64,000 nucleotides of DNA. Source: Candidatus Bathyarchaeia archaeon. GTDB taxonomy: Archaea > Thermoproteota > Bathyarchaeia > 40CM-2-53-6. The notes below the pieces were generated by a model. That model worked only from the letters and a program-made list of their open reading frames with translations, was not told where the DNA came from and did no database searches. Made by a program: the position numbers and the translations under genes. The DNA is taken from the NCBI GenBank assembly GCA_050013255.1, contig JBEKFP010000001.1, forward strand, positions 160,001-224,000. The letters are read 5' to 3'. This document shows, piece after piece, positions 9,902 through 20,074 of this stretch (position 1 is the first letter of the stretch; every line of letters begins with the position of its first letter).

Positions 9902-10693
9902 TCATGTATCGGGGAAAGGTACAACTTTGACATTCTGAATTATCCTTCTTATCAGTTTCTTCGTTTCCTTCGGGCCCGAGACTGATATGCACTTAATACC
10001 CGTGCTCTTCATGATGTAGTCGTTCCCACCTCTGAACAAAGCATCCCCGACAAACAACATACCCTTTCGTTCCACACCGAGGTGTTCTTTCAGCTTCTTT
10101 ACGCATAATGTCTTGTCAACGCCTTTTCTCGTGACGTCGATGGAGGTGGTTCCGCCAATAGATATCTCGAAGTTGGGCAGCTGCGTTCTCAGGAGCTTTC
10201 TAATCCTGAGACGCTTCTGCTGATTGGGATCCCATTTACGCTTGAATCGCAGCGGAGCCTTTTGACCCAAGGCGGAGAAAGTGAGCTGACTGCCCCTGTT
10301 CTCGAAAACTGGTCCGTAAGTCTTTGTTGGGTCAACATATTCGGTTTCCGCGAAGACTCTCCGGAATGATCCGAGTATTTTCTTGACATCCTGCGCGGAC
10401 AGGGGATTAGTGTAAGCTTGAAAGAAACGAAGTCGTTTTCTGTCATAATAGTAACCGCTGGCCGAGCAGGTCGGAAACAGGAGCAAGTTGCGTAGGTTGC
10501 TGCTCTCTGGCAGTCCACTCAGGAATTGGCTCTCAAACTGTTGAAAAGAACAGCCTGAGGTCACTGCAACGTATCTTAGCCGAAGCAGTTCGCAAATCAG
10601 CGAAGCCATTTCATGATCGAGGTCTGACTTGCTCTTGGTTAGAGTACCGTCAAGATCGAAGATGATGATTTTCTTATGCGATATGGAATTCAC
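9902..10693 (-). CDS. HAD-IIB phosphomannomutase-like enzyme (eukaryotic PMM type)
   Basis: DLDGTL, GGTTSIDV..KGVDK, FVGDALFRGGND. Confidence 0.8.
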   Translation of the reverse strand: MNSISHKKIIIFDLDGTLTKSKSDLDHEMASLICELLRLRYVAVTSGCSFQQFESQFLSGLPESSNLRNLLLFPTCSASGYYYDRKRLRFFQAYTNPLSAQDVKKILGSFRRVFAETEYVDPTKTYGPVFENRGSQLTFSALGQKAPLRFKRKWDPNQQKRLRIRKLLRTQLPNFEISIGGTTSIDVTRKGVDKTLCVKKLKEHLGVERKGMLFVGDALFRGGNDYIMKSTGIKCISVSGPKETKKLIRRIIQNVKVVPFPDT

Positions 10694-10713
10694 AAGCTTT
10701 GATAGGACGAATT

Positions 10714-11643
10714 CTAGCTGTAGCTTTCTAAGGCTTCTATTAGCAATTTCATTGGGACACTCGCGACACAGCAGATTCTGTCTGCTCCGCCGTAGAAGAC
10801 TTTGAGGTCATCCTTTACCACGACTGCACCTTCCGGGAAAACAACATTAGGTACCACTCCGACCCTTTCGAAGTCTTCTTCCGGTTCTAGGATGGGTTCC
10901 GGAGTTCGAGCGATCACTCGGAATGGGTTTTCAAGATCAAGGAGGGCTGCCCCTGCACGGTATACAGTGTTAGAATCCACGCCGTGATAGATGACTATCC
11001 ATCCAGCGTTGGTTCGGATCGGCGGGGGGCCAATTCCAACCTTCTTCTCTTCCCACTTCCACTTTGGTTTCATGATAGTGTTTGCTTCGATGCGTTTGAG
11101 GTAGTTCTTCGAGTATGGGTTTTGCGAAACCCTCTCCATCTGCTTGATGCTATCATAGAAAGCCAATTCGATGTTGGGTTCTATTCTGTGTACAACGGCG
11201 AATTTTCCGCGGATGAGCTGAGGAAAGAGGGCGGCGTCCTTGTCGTCGTAGTCCGGACCTACCAATCCGTAGCGTTCGTAGCTCCTAAAGTCATTTGTCG
11301 AGGCCAAGGCAATTCGTGGGCCTCGTCGCGAATACGCCGTATAGAAAACGTAGAATCCTCCATCGAAGGCTGTTATGCGCGGGTCTTCACAGCCCAGTTC
11401 TTCCCAAGTGTCAACCGGGGCGAGGGCAGGTTCCAGAGATCGGTCAACGATCGTTTCGCCGTCTGTCGTTGTTGCATGGCCAAGGGACGAGATGTTGTGT
11501 TCGTTGACCGCCCTATACAGTATGTGAATAACCTCACCGTTTTTTGCAGCTCCGGGATTGAAGGTGGCCATGATTTCCCATGCTATGTCGGCTCTTGGTT
11601 CAATGATGGGATTCTTGGGGCTTCGGACGAGCTTGACTCTCAT
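10714..11643 (-). CDS. GH130-family beta-mannoside phosphorylase/glycosidase
   Basis: FNPGA, GCEDPRI, KDAALFP, IYHGV, VPNVVFP, YGGAD. Confidence 0.88.
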   Translation of the reverse strand: MRVKLVRSPKNPIIEPRADIAWEIMATFNPGAAKNGEVIHILYRAVNEHNISSLGHATTTDGETIVDRSLEPALAPVDTWEELGCEDPRITAFDGGFYVFYTAYSRRGPRIALASTNDFRSYERYGLVGPDYDDKDAALFPQLIRGKFAVVHRIEPNIELAFYDSIKQMERVSQNPYSKNYLKRIEANTIMKPKWKWEEKKVGIGPPPIRTNAGWIVIYHGVDSNTVYRAGAALLDLENPFRVIARTPEPILEPEEDFERVGVVPNVVFPEGAVVVKDDLKVFYGGADRICCVASVPMKLLIEALESYS

Positions 11644-11844
11644 ATCATCACTTCATTGAACAGTCGTTTTGTCTGTGTGGGTACTGGTGCGAGCAGAGCA
11701 ATTTGAACTCAACATTGTCCGACGCTGACCCAAACATTTTCTGTAAGATATGCTCTATGCAGAGCGTGAGTTTAGTGTCTTACGAGAAAGGTTCCCCTCC
11801 TGGCAATCATCCGGTGTTCGCGGCGTCAAGCACAGGAACTGCGG

Positions 11845-11870
11845 GGGTTCAAATCCCACCCCCGGCGTCA
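11845..11870 (+). repeat. att-like copy 3 of tRNA-Ser 3' end (distal boundary)
   Basis: 23-bp identity to 5390-5412 followed by TCA in place of CCA. Confidence 0.9.
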
Positions 11871-12042
11871 TTGGATTTTCGTAGTTGGTGCTAGAGGAGT
11901 TTGCTTCGTTCCAGGAGAAGTTCTGAGTCCGCATAGTCTAAACCGTACATTTTTCTGATCACCAGAAATCGCTTCAGTCTCCACGCTAGCGGCACGGGAA
12001 ACAAGAAAAGAACAAGGGTTGTCGAGTAGAGAAGTCTACGGA

Positions 12043-12225
12043 TTACATCGACTTGTCTACTATCTCTGCGGAGGCGGCGTTTGTCTTAACGGATTGAATT
12101 CCGTTCATGCATGCTTCCTTCGATTCGTAAGCCTCGCTTGACGCAATTACTTCACCGTTTGCAGCTACCAGATTGAATCTGAATTTTCCCGCCTTGTCTT
12201 TCTTGATCTCAAACTTTCCTGCCAT
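12043..12225 (-). CDS. YegP/DUF1508 family protein
   Basis: GKFEIKKDKAGKFRFNLVAANGEVIASSEAYESK..C.NGI.SVK; GGAGGTGAGG SD. Confidence 0.9.
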   Translation of the reverse strand: MAGKFEIKKDKAGKFRFNLVAANGEVIASSEAYESKEACMNGIQSVKTNAASAEIVDKSM

Positions 12226-12664
12226 AACACCTCACCTCCAAACGCGATCATCATCTTGTTTGTTCTGGTTGTTGCGGTCCTATTTCTACTAACCCATCAG
12301 CGATTTCATGTTACTCTGGGCAATAAGACCTCCTGAAGCTCCACCCGGCGTTGCTGCTTGGAGTGGATTTCCGCCCATCATAGCTCGCATCGCAGCTTGC
12401 ATAGCAGCGGATTACGTGTCTGAACCCGACGCCTTAGCGCGCATGAATCCCATCGCACTTAGCTTATCGAAAACCATGAGAATCAAACCAAGAGCGCCAA
12501 TTAGAAGCAAGTATCTCCAAAGTAAATTCAATGGCCCGCAAACAACTCCTAGAAATCTAAGGACTTGTCGCGACTCCCGTTGCCCTCAGGAACTTCGTAA
12601 AGTTGAGGTTTGGGCGCAAGATTCGGAGTCAAACTACTTATTTTGTTGCGAACAAAATTCCCAC

Positions 12665-13795
12665 ATGTTTACCATCGATCCGAGCAGCACCGAGTTGCAA
12701 AGAAAGAAGGGAGAGTCTACGAAGAATTTGCGGACAGAGGATGAAAAATGGAACGCGGTGCTAGCTAGAGATGGGAAGTTTGATGGTGCGTTTGTGTTTG
12801 CCGTGCGGTCAACGGGAATCTATTGTAAGCCATCGTGTGCTGCTAGACGCCCCCGCAGAGAGCAAGTAGTCTTCTTTGCTGGGCCCGATAGGGCTGAACT
12901 TTCTGGTTTTCGACCATGCCTACGTTGTCAACCTCGGGATGTTGGACCCTCACCTAAAACGGAATTGATTGCGCGCGTCTGCAAATACATTGAATCCAAC
13001 CTGGACAGAAAACTCAGTCTTTCAAACCTTAGCGCTCAAGCAGGAATTAGTCCATATCATCTTCAAAGAACCTTCAAGCGAATCGTCGGTATCTCCCCAC
13101 GCGAGTATGTCAAAGCCCGTAGATTATCAAAGATGAAAAGTTCGCTAAGGAATGGGCAAACGGTAGCGAAGGCACTCTACGGAGCTGGATTCAGCTCAAG
13201 AAGCCGAATCTATGAAAAGGCCCCCACTCAATTTGGCGTGAATCCGGGAACGCTTCGCCGAGGCGGACTTGGACTCAGAATTGAATACGCAATAGTGGAT
13301 TGCCCTCTAGGTCGTTTACTCGTGGGGACCACGGAGCGTGGGATATGTGCTGTTTGCATGGGCGATTCGGATGCAGTGGTTGAGGCCGCGCTCACCAACG
13401 ACTACCCTTCAGCAGATATCCACAGAAACGATGAGGCAATGCGGGGCTGGGTTGGTGCACTTACAAAATATTTCAGTAGTGAAGAATTCGATCTCAACCT
13501 GCCTCTAGACGTTCGGGCCACCGCATTTCAATGGAAGGTCTGGAAGGAAATTCAATCTGTCCCATATGGCAAAACCACGACCTACAGCAAGATTGCAAAC
13601 GCCTTGGGCGAACCTGACTCAGCCCGTGCTGTGGCTAGGGCATGCGCGACGAACCCAGTGTCGCTTGTGATCCCATGCCACCGAGTCATTGGTGAAGATG
13701 GTGAGCTGCATGGATATCGCTGGGGCAAGAAGAGAAAACACGCTCTACTTGCCCTCGAACAGAGAGCTCACCGCGAAGCTGTCAAAGTTGTCTAG
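12665..13795 (+). CDS. ada: Bifunctional Ada (Zn-binding/AraC regulator plus O6-methylguanine methyltransferase)
   Basis: STGIYCKPSC, GFRPCLRC, AraC HTH, IPCHRV; true start is probably 12665 or later, not 12308. Confidence 0.92.
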   Translation: MFTIDPSSTELQRKKGESTKNLRTEDEKWNAVLARDGKFDGAFVFAVRSTGIYCKPSCAARRPRREQVVFFAGPDRAELSGFRPCLRCQPRDVGPSPKTELIARVCKYIESNLDRKLSLSNLSAQAGISPYHLQRTFKRIVGISPREYVKARRLSKMKSSLRNGQTVAKALYGAGFSSRSRIYEKAPTQFGVNPGTLRRGGLGLRIEYAIVDCPLGRLLVGTTERGICAVCMGDSDAVVEAALTNDYPSADIHRNDEAMRGWVGALTKYFSSEEFDLNLPLDVRATAFQWKVWKEIQSVPYGKTTTYSKIANALGEPDSARAVARACATNPVSLVIPCHRVIGEDGELHGYRWGKKRKHALLALEQRAHREAVKVV

Positions 13796-13815
13796 CGCAG
13801 GCATTTGTGGCTTTC

Positions 13816-14739
13816 ATGAAAACGAAATTCCCTACTAAGGTGACACTGCAGAATCTAACCACAGCCAATGGCGGAGCACGGATTTTCAATTACAGCCTTG
13901 TAATAACTCTCAGCGTAATCTGGGGGTTGGCTTTTGTCGCAATTAGAAGAGCGGAGTTCGAGCTAAGCCCGGCCAACTTGACCATACTCAGATGGTTGAT
14001 CGCGTCTGGGGGCTTCTTGGTCTTGGCTCCCCTTTTTGGTAGGCCCAAGAAACCCATTAAGAGACGGCACATTCCGAGGATACTTTTGGTTTCATTTGCG
14101 AGTGTAGTCGGATACCATTTTTCGCTGAACTACGCTGAGACCATTGTGTCGTCCGGCCTTGCAGGACTTCTAATTTCCTTTGGCCCCATATTCGTCGTAT
14201 TGCTTTCGGCTCTCTTCTTGAAGGAGAAGATTGGAAGCAGGTTGATGCTCGCGTTGGCGTTAGCAGTAGCTGGCGCGGTGGTACTCTCGATTAATACGGA
14301 TCTAAGCTTTCTACAGATTACGGGCCCGTTCGCGGTCGTATTAGCGGCATTCATGTACAGCATATTCTCGGTGGGTTCCAAGCCGCTTGTGAAGGAGTAC
14401 GGTGCTTTGCCCACTGCAATATGGGTTGCAGCAATCGGTACGGTTTTCACTTTGCCCTTGGTATCTTGGAGCTTCCTCGCTCAGGTTTTCACTCTCTCAG
14501 TTGTTGGATGGCTCTCTGTGCTCTATCTCGCGGTTCTGAGCACAGTGGTTGCCAACATGATACTCTACACGCTCATCAGCAATCGTGCTGTCTCTAGACT
14601 TTCAGTGCAACTCTACTTGGTTCCCTTGGTAAGCCTAACAGGCGGAGTATTATTGCTCGGTGAGAACTTCTCCGCCTTCACAGTCTTAGGGGCATGTTTT
14701 CTGTTCGCAGGAACAGCACTCGCCACGCATAAACACTGA
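13816..14739 (+). CDS. EamA/DMT family transporter
   Basis: IWGLAF start, ~10 TM segments in two repeats. Confidence 0.88.
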   Translation: MKTKFPTKVTLQNLTTANGGARIFNYSLVITLSVIWGLAFVAIRRAEFELSPANLTILRWLIASGGFLVLAPLFGRPKKPIKRRHIPRILLVSFASVVGYHFSLNYAETIVSSGLAGLLISFGPIFVVLLSALFLKEKIGSRLMLALALAVAGAVVLSINTDLSFLQITGPFAVVLAAFMYSIFSVGSKPLVKEYGALPTAIWVAAIGTVFTLPLVSWSFLAQVFTLSVVGWLSVLYLAVLSTVVANMILYTLISNRAVSRLSVQLYLVPLVSLTGGVLLLGENFSAFTVLGACFLFAGTALATHKH

Positions 14740-14827
14740 ATCATCCCACATGGGTTACTATTGAGGCTGATGCCTTCGCTGGCGCCATCAGGGATTACAT
14801 AGAGAAACGACCCGACAGTTGCCAAGC

Positions 14828-15046
14828 CTAACCAAAGATCAACAAGACGGTTCCTACCACGTAATAGAATACGAGGACTGAGCTGAACCCTATCTTGACG
14901 CCCCTATGCCTTGCTGGTAACTCCCTTCCGAAGAAGTCGAAGACCCCCTCTCCCTTGGTTAATGCGTACCAGTAGACTTTGGTATCGTATGCACCGAAAA
15001 CCAATAGTGACACGCCCACAAGTTTCAAGAAAATGCTCGGCAGCAC
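14828..15046 (-). CDS. Small 2-TM membrane protein
   Basis: 72 aa, two hydrophobic segments. Confidence 0.55.
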   Translation of the reverse strand: MLPSIFLKLVGVSLLVFGAYDTKVYWYALTKGEGVFDFFGRELPARHRGVKIGFSSVLVFYYVVGTVLLIFG

Positions 15047-15178
15047 TAAACTTCATTCCTGCAACGTCGGGAAAGAAGAGAGAAGAGAACGCCTGCACAA
15101 TCACGGCACACAGTTTGCACTGAATCCGTGCTATGCTTCCGCCCGCACCGGGTGCACTCCAAGTGGGACAGGAACATG

Positions 15179-16153
15179 CTAGAAGTAGTGGTGAAGGACC
15201 TCATTTACATTGGCTTCATAGTCCCCGAAGGGCGACGGCGAAACGAAAACATCATCCACACCATTCTCGTGATATTCCTTCACCCTTTCTCTTAGTTCAC
15301 GGACGGTGCCAAGAACCGCTAGCTTGTCAATCATCTGACGGCTCACGCTTCGTTTAACAGCGTCTCGATCTTTCGCTTTCCAAGCAGCCATCATTGCATT
15401 TGCCTCGGTAACGAACCCTAGGCTTGAGAAGAGCGCAGAGTAGGCCGGTGCGCTAGCATAGAAACTAATCAAATCCTTAGCAGCCTCCAAGCCTTTGCTG
15501 TCGTCCCCTAGAACGTAGGAGTAGAGCATCACTGACAATGTCGGACACTCTTTTCCACCCACCTCTCGGCATCCTTCATTCATGAGTGAAAGCGCGTGTT
15601 TGATTCGGTCTGTTGGGTATAGATTCAATATCACCCTGTCTGCGAGCTTGGCCGCCCTCTTGATCATCTGGTCATTCAAGGCGGCTAGGGCGACCTTGGG
15701 CGGTGGCCTAGTTCTCAATCTCGCGTTAACGGGTGAGTAATATGGGCCCTGGTGACTGAATTTTTCCCCGGAGAAATATTGGTCAACTAGTTTTACGGTT
15801 TCCTCCAGCCTCTGCATTGGGTTCCTGAAGCGTTGGCCGTGCCAGTTCTCCACGATTGCCGCTGTGCTCACACCCAGACCGAGTGTGAACCTTCCTCCGC
15901 TGAACTCATTTAGAGTGGTCCCGAAGAGAGCCAACTGACTCGCCGACCTAGTGAAAACGTTCACAATGGATGTCCCAAGCGGGATCTTTTTGGTTGAACA
16001 TGCCGCAATCGTGGCGAGCACTGAGGCATCGCGCAAGGTTGTCTCACCAAACCATATCCCGCCGAAGCCCTTCCCTTCAGCTTCTCTACTAATCTCGGGT
16101 ATCCGCAAGGACGAAAGTTCTCCGTTGCCGCTTAACATAATACTCGTTGACAA
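15179..16153 (-). CDS. LLM-class oxidoreductase (second paralog)
   Basis: GFGGIWFGE, LGTSIVNVFTR, SGGRFTLGLG. Confidence 0.88.
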   Translation of the reverse strand: MSTSIMLSGNGELSSLRIPEISREAEGKGFGGIWFGETTLRDASVLATIAACSTKKIPLGTSIVNVFTRSASQLALFGTTLNEFSGGRFTLGLGVSTAAIVENWHGQRFRNPMQRLEETVKLVDQYFSGEKFSHQGPYYSPVNARLRTRPPPKVALAALNDQMIKRAAKLADRVILNLYPTDRIKHALSLMNEGCREVGGKECPTLSVMLYSYVLGDDSKGLEAAKDLISFYASAPAYSALFSSLGFVTEANAMMAAWKAKDRDAVKRSVSRQMIDKLAVLGTVRELRERVKEYHENGVDDVFVSPSPFGDYEANVNEVLHHYF

Positions 16154-16234
16154 TGCAATTTGCCCTGCTATCCGAGTCTGGTTAAAAGGCTAATGAAATA
16201 GGTGAGTTAAGAAAGCATCTGGGTCTGAAGATAG

Positions 16235-17857
16235 TTGCACGAGGTCGAAATCAATAACCTGTCATTCACCTACGAGAATCGTACTGACCCAGCCCTAGAC
16301 AAAGTCGACCTCGCAATTGATAATCACGACTTTGTTCTCCTTGCAGGCGCCAGTGGCTCTGGGAAATCCACCCTGCTAAAGTGCATCAATGGTCTGATTC
16401 CCCACAGGTACCTCGGCCAATACTCGGGCGAAGTGAAAGTAAGAGACCAGCCCGTACCGAAATCCCCCTTCCTCAAACTTTCCTTGACGGTGGGTACGGT
16501 ATTGCAAGAGGCCGACAAGCAACTCGTATCATCAATTGTCGAAGATGACGTGGCTTTTGGGCCTGGGAATTTGGCGCTACCAAGGGTGGAGGTTGAGCGC
16601 CGCGTTATGCACAGCCTCGAATCGATGGACATTCTTCAGCTACAGAGAAGGTCTATCTTTGAAATCTCAGGCGGCCAGAAGCAAAGGCTAGCTATCGCTG
16701 ATGTTCTGGCAATGGAGCCAGATATTTTGTTGTTCGACGAGCCATTGGCCAACCTCGATTCGAATGGCGTTAAGCTCATGCAAGGCATCTTCCGAGATTT
16801 TCACAACTCGGGCAAAACCATAATCGTAGCTGAACATCGAACAGAAGAAGTTCTACGCGCCAACCCAACTCGGATTGTGGTAATCAACAAAGGCCGCGTT
16901 GTGGCCGACAAGAAAGACCCCGAAGCCCTAATCGAATTCGGCGACGTCATCAAGATTCCTGCTGAGTATGTTCTGCGTGGAAATCTTAAGACCGAGAACG
17001 AACTCGCAGCCCCCACGACGGAAGCCACTCCCCCAAAGAATCAACAGTTAGGCCAGGAGCTGGTTCGAGTTGAGAACCTCAACTTCGAGTATCCCGGGGG
17101 AATTCTGGCGCTTAAGGACCTAAACCTGACCATTCGCGAGGGCGAAAGAATAGCACTGCTTGGTAACAACGGCGCGGGAAAGTCGACACTTGCCCTAAGC
17201 CTTGTTGGGTTACTGAAACCAACATCAGGCCGGGTTCTCGTAATGGGTCAAGATACACGCAACCAAACGACTGCCGAGATCGCACGTGCAATATGCCTCG
17301 TCTTTCAAAGCCCCTTCTCGATGCTCTTCGCAAAAACCGTCCGCGATGAACTCAGTTTTGGCCCAAAGAACATAGGCGTTCCACCCGATGCAATTTCAAA
17401 GATCGTCCCTGAAACTGCAAAACAATGCTCGATAAGCCACTTGCTTGAAAACTCTCCATTCGCCTCGAGTTTCGGGGAAAAGAAGCGAATCTGCGTAGGT
17501 TCTGTACTAACCATGGAGCCGAAGTGCATTATATTAGACGAACCAACCGCAGGTCAAGATTTCAAGAGTTATTCCAATTTCATGAACTTTATCTGCTCGC
17601 TAAGCGAGCGGGTCAAGTCCTTCGTAGTAATCACTCATGACCCGGACCTGGCGATTGAGTATACGGACCGTTCGATTGTCCTGAACGCTGGCTGCGTCAT
17701 AGCAGACGGGCCAACTCACAATATTCTAGCTGACCCGTCCATCCTCGCGGCAGGGGCTATTCGGGAAACTTCCTTAATCGAAATCTCCCGCAAAATCACG
17801 GGCGGCAAATCGGTGTTGACTTTGGCCGAGCTCGCACAGGCCGCTCGGAAGAGCTAG
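16235..17857 (+). CDS. ECF transporter fused double ATPase (A-A')
   Basis: Two Walker A (GASGSGKS, GNNGAGKS), SGGQ/SFGE signatures, two DEP motifs. Confidence 0.9.
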   Translation: MHEVEINNLSFTYENRTDPALDKVDLAIDNHDFVLLAGASGSGKSTLLKCINGLIPHRYLGQYSGEVKVRDQPVPKSPFLKLSLTVGTVLQEADKQLVSSIVEDDVAFGPGNLALPRVEVERRVMHSLESMDILQLQRRSIFEISGGQKQRLAIADVLAMEPDILLFDEPLANLDSNGVKLMQGIFRDFHNSGKTIIVAEHRTEEVLRANPTRIVVINKGRVVADKKDPEALIEFGDVIKIPAEYVLRGNLKTENELAAPTTEATPPKNQQLGQELVRVENLNFEYPGGILALKDLNLTIREGERIALLGNNGAGKSTLALSLVGLLKPTSGRVLVMGQDTRNQTTAEIARAICLVFQSPFSMLFAKTVRDELSFGPKNIGVPPDAISKIVPETAKQCSISHLLENSPFASSFGEKKRICVGSVLTMEPKCIILDEPTAGQDFKSYSNFMNFICSLSERVKSFVVITHDPDLAIEYTDRSIVLNAGCVIADGPTHNILADPSILAAGAIRETSLIEISRKITGGKSVLTLAELAQAARKS

Positions 17858-17906
17858 CTCTTAAATAGATAGAGCACAGAATCGTCGCCTGTGAAGAAAA
17901 TTGGGT

Positions 17907-18470
17907 ATGAAAGAAATGAAAGAATCGATGTTCTCAGCTAAACAAATCGTCGCGATGGCAGTTGGCACAGCGCTCTACGCAGCACTAACAATTCCCTTCA
18001 ACACGCTGCAAATTCCGGGTGTTGGCTTGGTGGCCATTAGGCCCACAGTTGCAATTCCAATGCTCTTCGGGTTTGTCTTCGGACCCTTAGCAGGGTTCGT
18101 TTCAGGATTTCTTGGCAACATACTGTCCGACGCAGTCTCCTTCGGTGGATTCTTCTGGAACTGGGACATCGGCAACGGCTTACTCGGCGCTATCCCTGGA
18201 ATCGGGTACTTCATAGTCAAACGCACTAACTGGACCAAGGCACGAGCTCTAGCCAGCGCCTCAGTGCTCGCAATTATCGGAGCGGTAGTAGGAATCGCAT
18301 TTGCTGCGATGACAGATTTCGCCTTTCAAATTGGCCTTAGCACAATGGACGCTGCGCTCACCGAATTCTACACTGCTGCTGCAACCGACGCAGTGAACGG
18401 AGCCATCCTGACGCCGATTCTCCTGTACGCCTACGCAACGGCTACAGCTGGGCGTGCGCGACGGGTCTAG
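17907..18470 (+). CDS. ECF transporter S component
   Basis: Hydrophobic; AVGTALYA, FGPLAGFVSGFLGN..SD; lies between ATPase and EcfT. Confidence 0.85.
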   Translation: MKEMKESMFSAKQIVAMAVGTALYAALTIPFNTLQIPGVGLVAIRPTVAIPMLFGFVFGPLAGFVSGFLGNILSDAVSFGGFFWNWDIGNGLLGAIPGIGYFIVKRTNWTKARALASASVLAIIGAVVGIAFAAMTDFAFQIGLSTMDAALTEFYTAAATDAVNGAILTPILLYAYATATAGRARRV

Positions 18471-18480
18471 CAGAAACTAA

Positions 18481-19290
18481 ATGATTCGGATCAAGTACTT
18501 TCCCGGGACAACATTTCTGCACAGGTTGGACCCGAGAACCAAATTCCTACTTGTTATTTTATTCATCTTCTCAGAAGTCGCCTTCCTCGACATCAGAATC
18601 TTGCTGTTCCCCTTCACCGCCTCCATCCTTCTCTACCTATCAGCAAGAATTCCTTTCAAAGAAGTGAAAGGAACATGGAGGTTTCTACTTACCATCATTG
18701 TCATCATTTCCTCGGTAAACGCCTTCTTCACATTCTTGGGAGTCTCAGTCCAACACCCCCACATCATCGCGGCGTTCTGGATCTTTAAGTTCACAGTTGA
18801 GGGCATTTTCTTCGCCCTAGCGTCAATCATGCGTTTTCTCTCCTTGGCCATAATTTCGCTTTGTGTGATCATGACGACGGATCCAGGCCTTTACGCTCCA
18901 GCTCTGTCGAAACTTAAGATGCCGTACAAAGGTGCATTCGTCGTGGACCTGGCCTTACGATACTTGCCAGTTTACGTTGATGAATTGGAAACTACGATGA
19001 ACGCTCAGATGGCACGAGGCTTCAAAGTGAAAGCGAGAGGAGGGCTATTCGCCCGTATCCTCAATACAGTTCCGCTGCTCGTCCCGGTTGCAATCAACGC
19101 AATGCTCTCTATTTACGATGTGGCCGACGCCATGGAGCTTCGGGCCTTCGGAGCCGAAAAGAGCCGCACATGGTACCGAACCGTCTCTTTCAAGCCAAGA
19201 GACTATGTATCCACGATCACCCTGTTCTCACTACTCATCCTTGCCATCGTTCTCAGAACAAGAATCACGACATACTGGATCCCCGCCTAG
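18481..19290 (+). CDS. ecfT: ECF transporter T component
   Basis: HRLDPRTK, AQMARG, AMELRAF. Confidence 0.9.
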   Translation: MIRIKYFPGTTFLHRLDPRTKFLLVILFIFSEVAFLDIRILLFPFTASILLYLSARIPFKEVKGTWRFLLTIIVIISSVNAFFTFLGVSVQHPHIIAAFWIFKFTVEGIFFALASIMRFLSLAIISLCVIMTTDPGLYAPALSKLKMPYKGAFVVDLALRYLPVYVDELETTMNAQMARGFKVKARGGLFARILNTVPLLVPVAINAMLSIYDVADAMELRAFGAEKSRTWYRTVSFKPRDYVSTITLFSLLILAIVLRTRITTYWIPA

Positions 19291-19393
19291 GCAGACCGGA
19301 ATGTGCCTGCTCCGTTGGAAGCAAAGGATTTTTATTAGCCAAGCCTGCACGTTCCCCATTAGTTAATCCATATGGCATAAACGGGTCCGAAAA

Positions 19394-19774
19394 ATGGAAA
19401 CAGTTTCGCAACCACAGCTCAATTTCACGGAGAAGGCATTGGGTAGGGCGAAGGCAGTGCTGCAGAAGCCTGAGAACGTTGGGAAAGCCCTGAGGGTTTT
19501 TGTTTTCGGGGGCGGTTGCGCGGGCCTCAACTATGGTATGGCTATTGGTTTCGTTAAGGCTGACGATTACGTACTCGAGAGCGATAGCTGCAAGATCGTT
19601 GTCGACCCGAAGAGCATGGAACTATTGAAGGGAATGCAGGTCGACTATTACGAAAGCATTCAATCGTCCGGGTTCAAGTTCAACAACCCGAATGCTATTG
19701 CAAGTTGCGGTTGCGGCCTATCATTCAAAACAGCGCAGAAGACCGAAATGGCGCAAACTAAACCGTGCCACTGA
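19394..19774 (+). CDS. HesB/IscA/ErpA Fe-S cluster carrier
   Basis: GGGCAGLNY, NPNA..SCGCG.SF. Confidence 0.92.
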   Translation: METVSQPQLNFTEKALGRAKAVLQKPENVGKALRVFVFGGGCAGLNYGMAIGFVKADDYVLESDSCKIVVDPKSMELLKGMQVDYYESIQSSGFKFNNPNAIASCGCGLSFKTAQKTEMAQTKPCH

Positions 19775-19843
19775 ACGTAGAGGACGCCTTACCGTGTATA
19801 ACATAGGCTAGACAGCTTTTCAAGACTGCCTTATGCCCTTCGG

Positions 19844-20074
19844 CTAAGGGCCCTGTGGCGAGGACACTCGCTTGACGGCCAGTTGTATGTCCTGAGCTTT
19901 CACAGTCTTCCTTCCCGCATGGCGAGCTAGGCCAGTTGCTTCTGTCCCAACCTTGACGGCATAATCCTCCAACATCTTACCCAGCTCCTCGACGGCATCA
20001 TCTCCGACCCTATCAGCTCCGGCCATTTCTATGAGGCGGCGGACTGCAGCCGTGGAAAGCTCTTCAGGAGGCAT
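19844..20074 (-). CDS. Archaeal histone
   Basis: EL..AAVRRLI..AGADRV, ARHAGRKTVKAQDI. Confidence 0.92.
   Translation of the reverse strand: MPPEELSTAAVRRLIEMAGADRVGDDAVEELGKMLEDYAVKVGTEATGLARHAGRKTVKAQDIQLAVKRVSSPQGP

Noticed and set aside
7773-11870. tRNA 3' halves as split-tRNA genes
   Set aside because: Only T-arm/acceptor fragments with no anticodon half or complementary leader; the intact tRNA is adjacent, so they are att scars.
12308-12664. N-terminal 119-aa extension of Ada
   Set aside because: No domain features; Ada homology starts near 12730. The opposite strand shows a stop-interrupted fragment, so this is probably a chance open frame.
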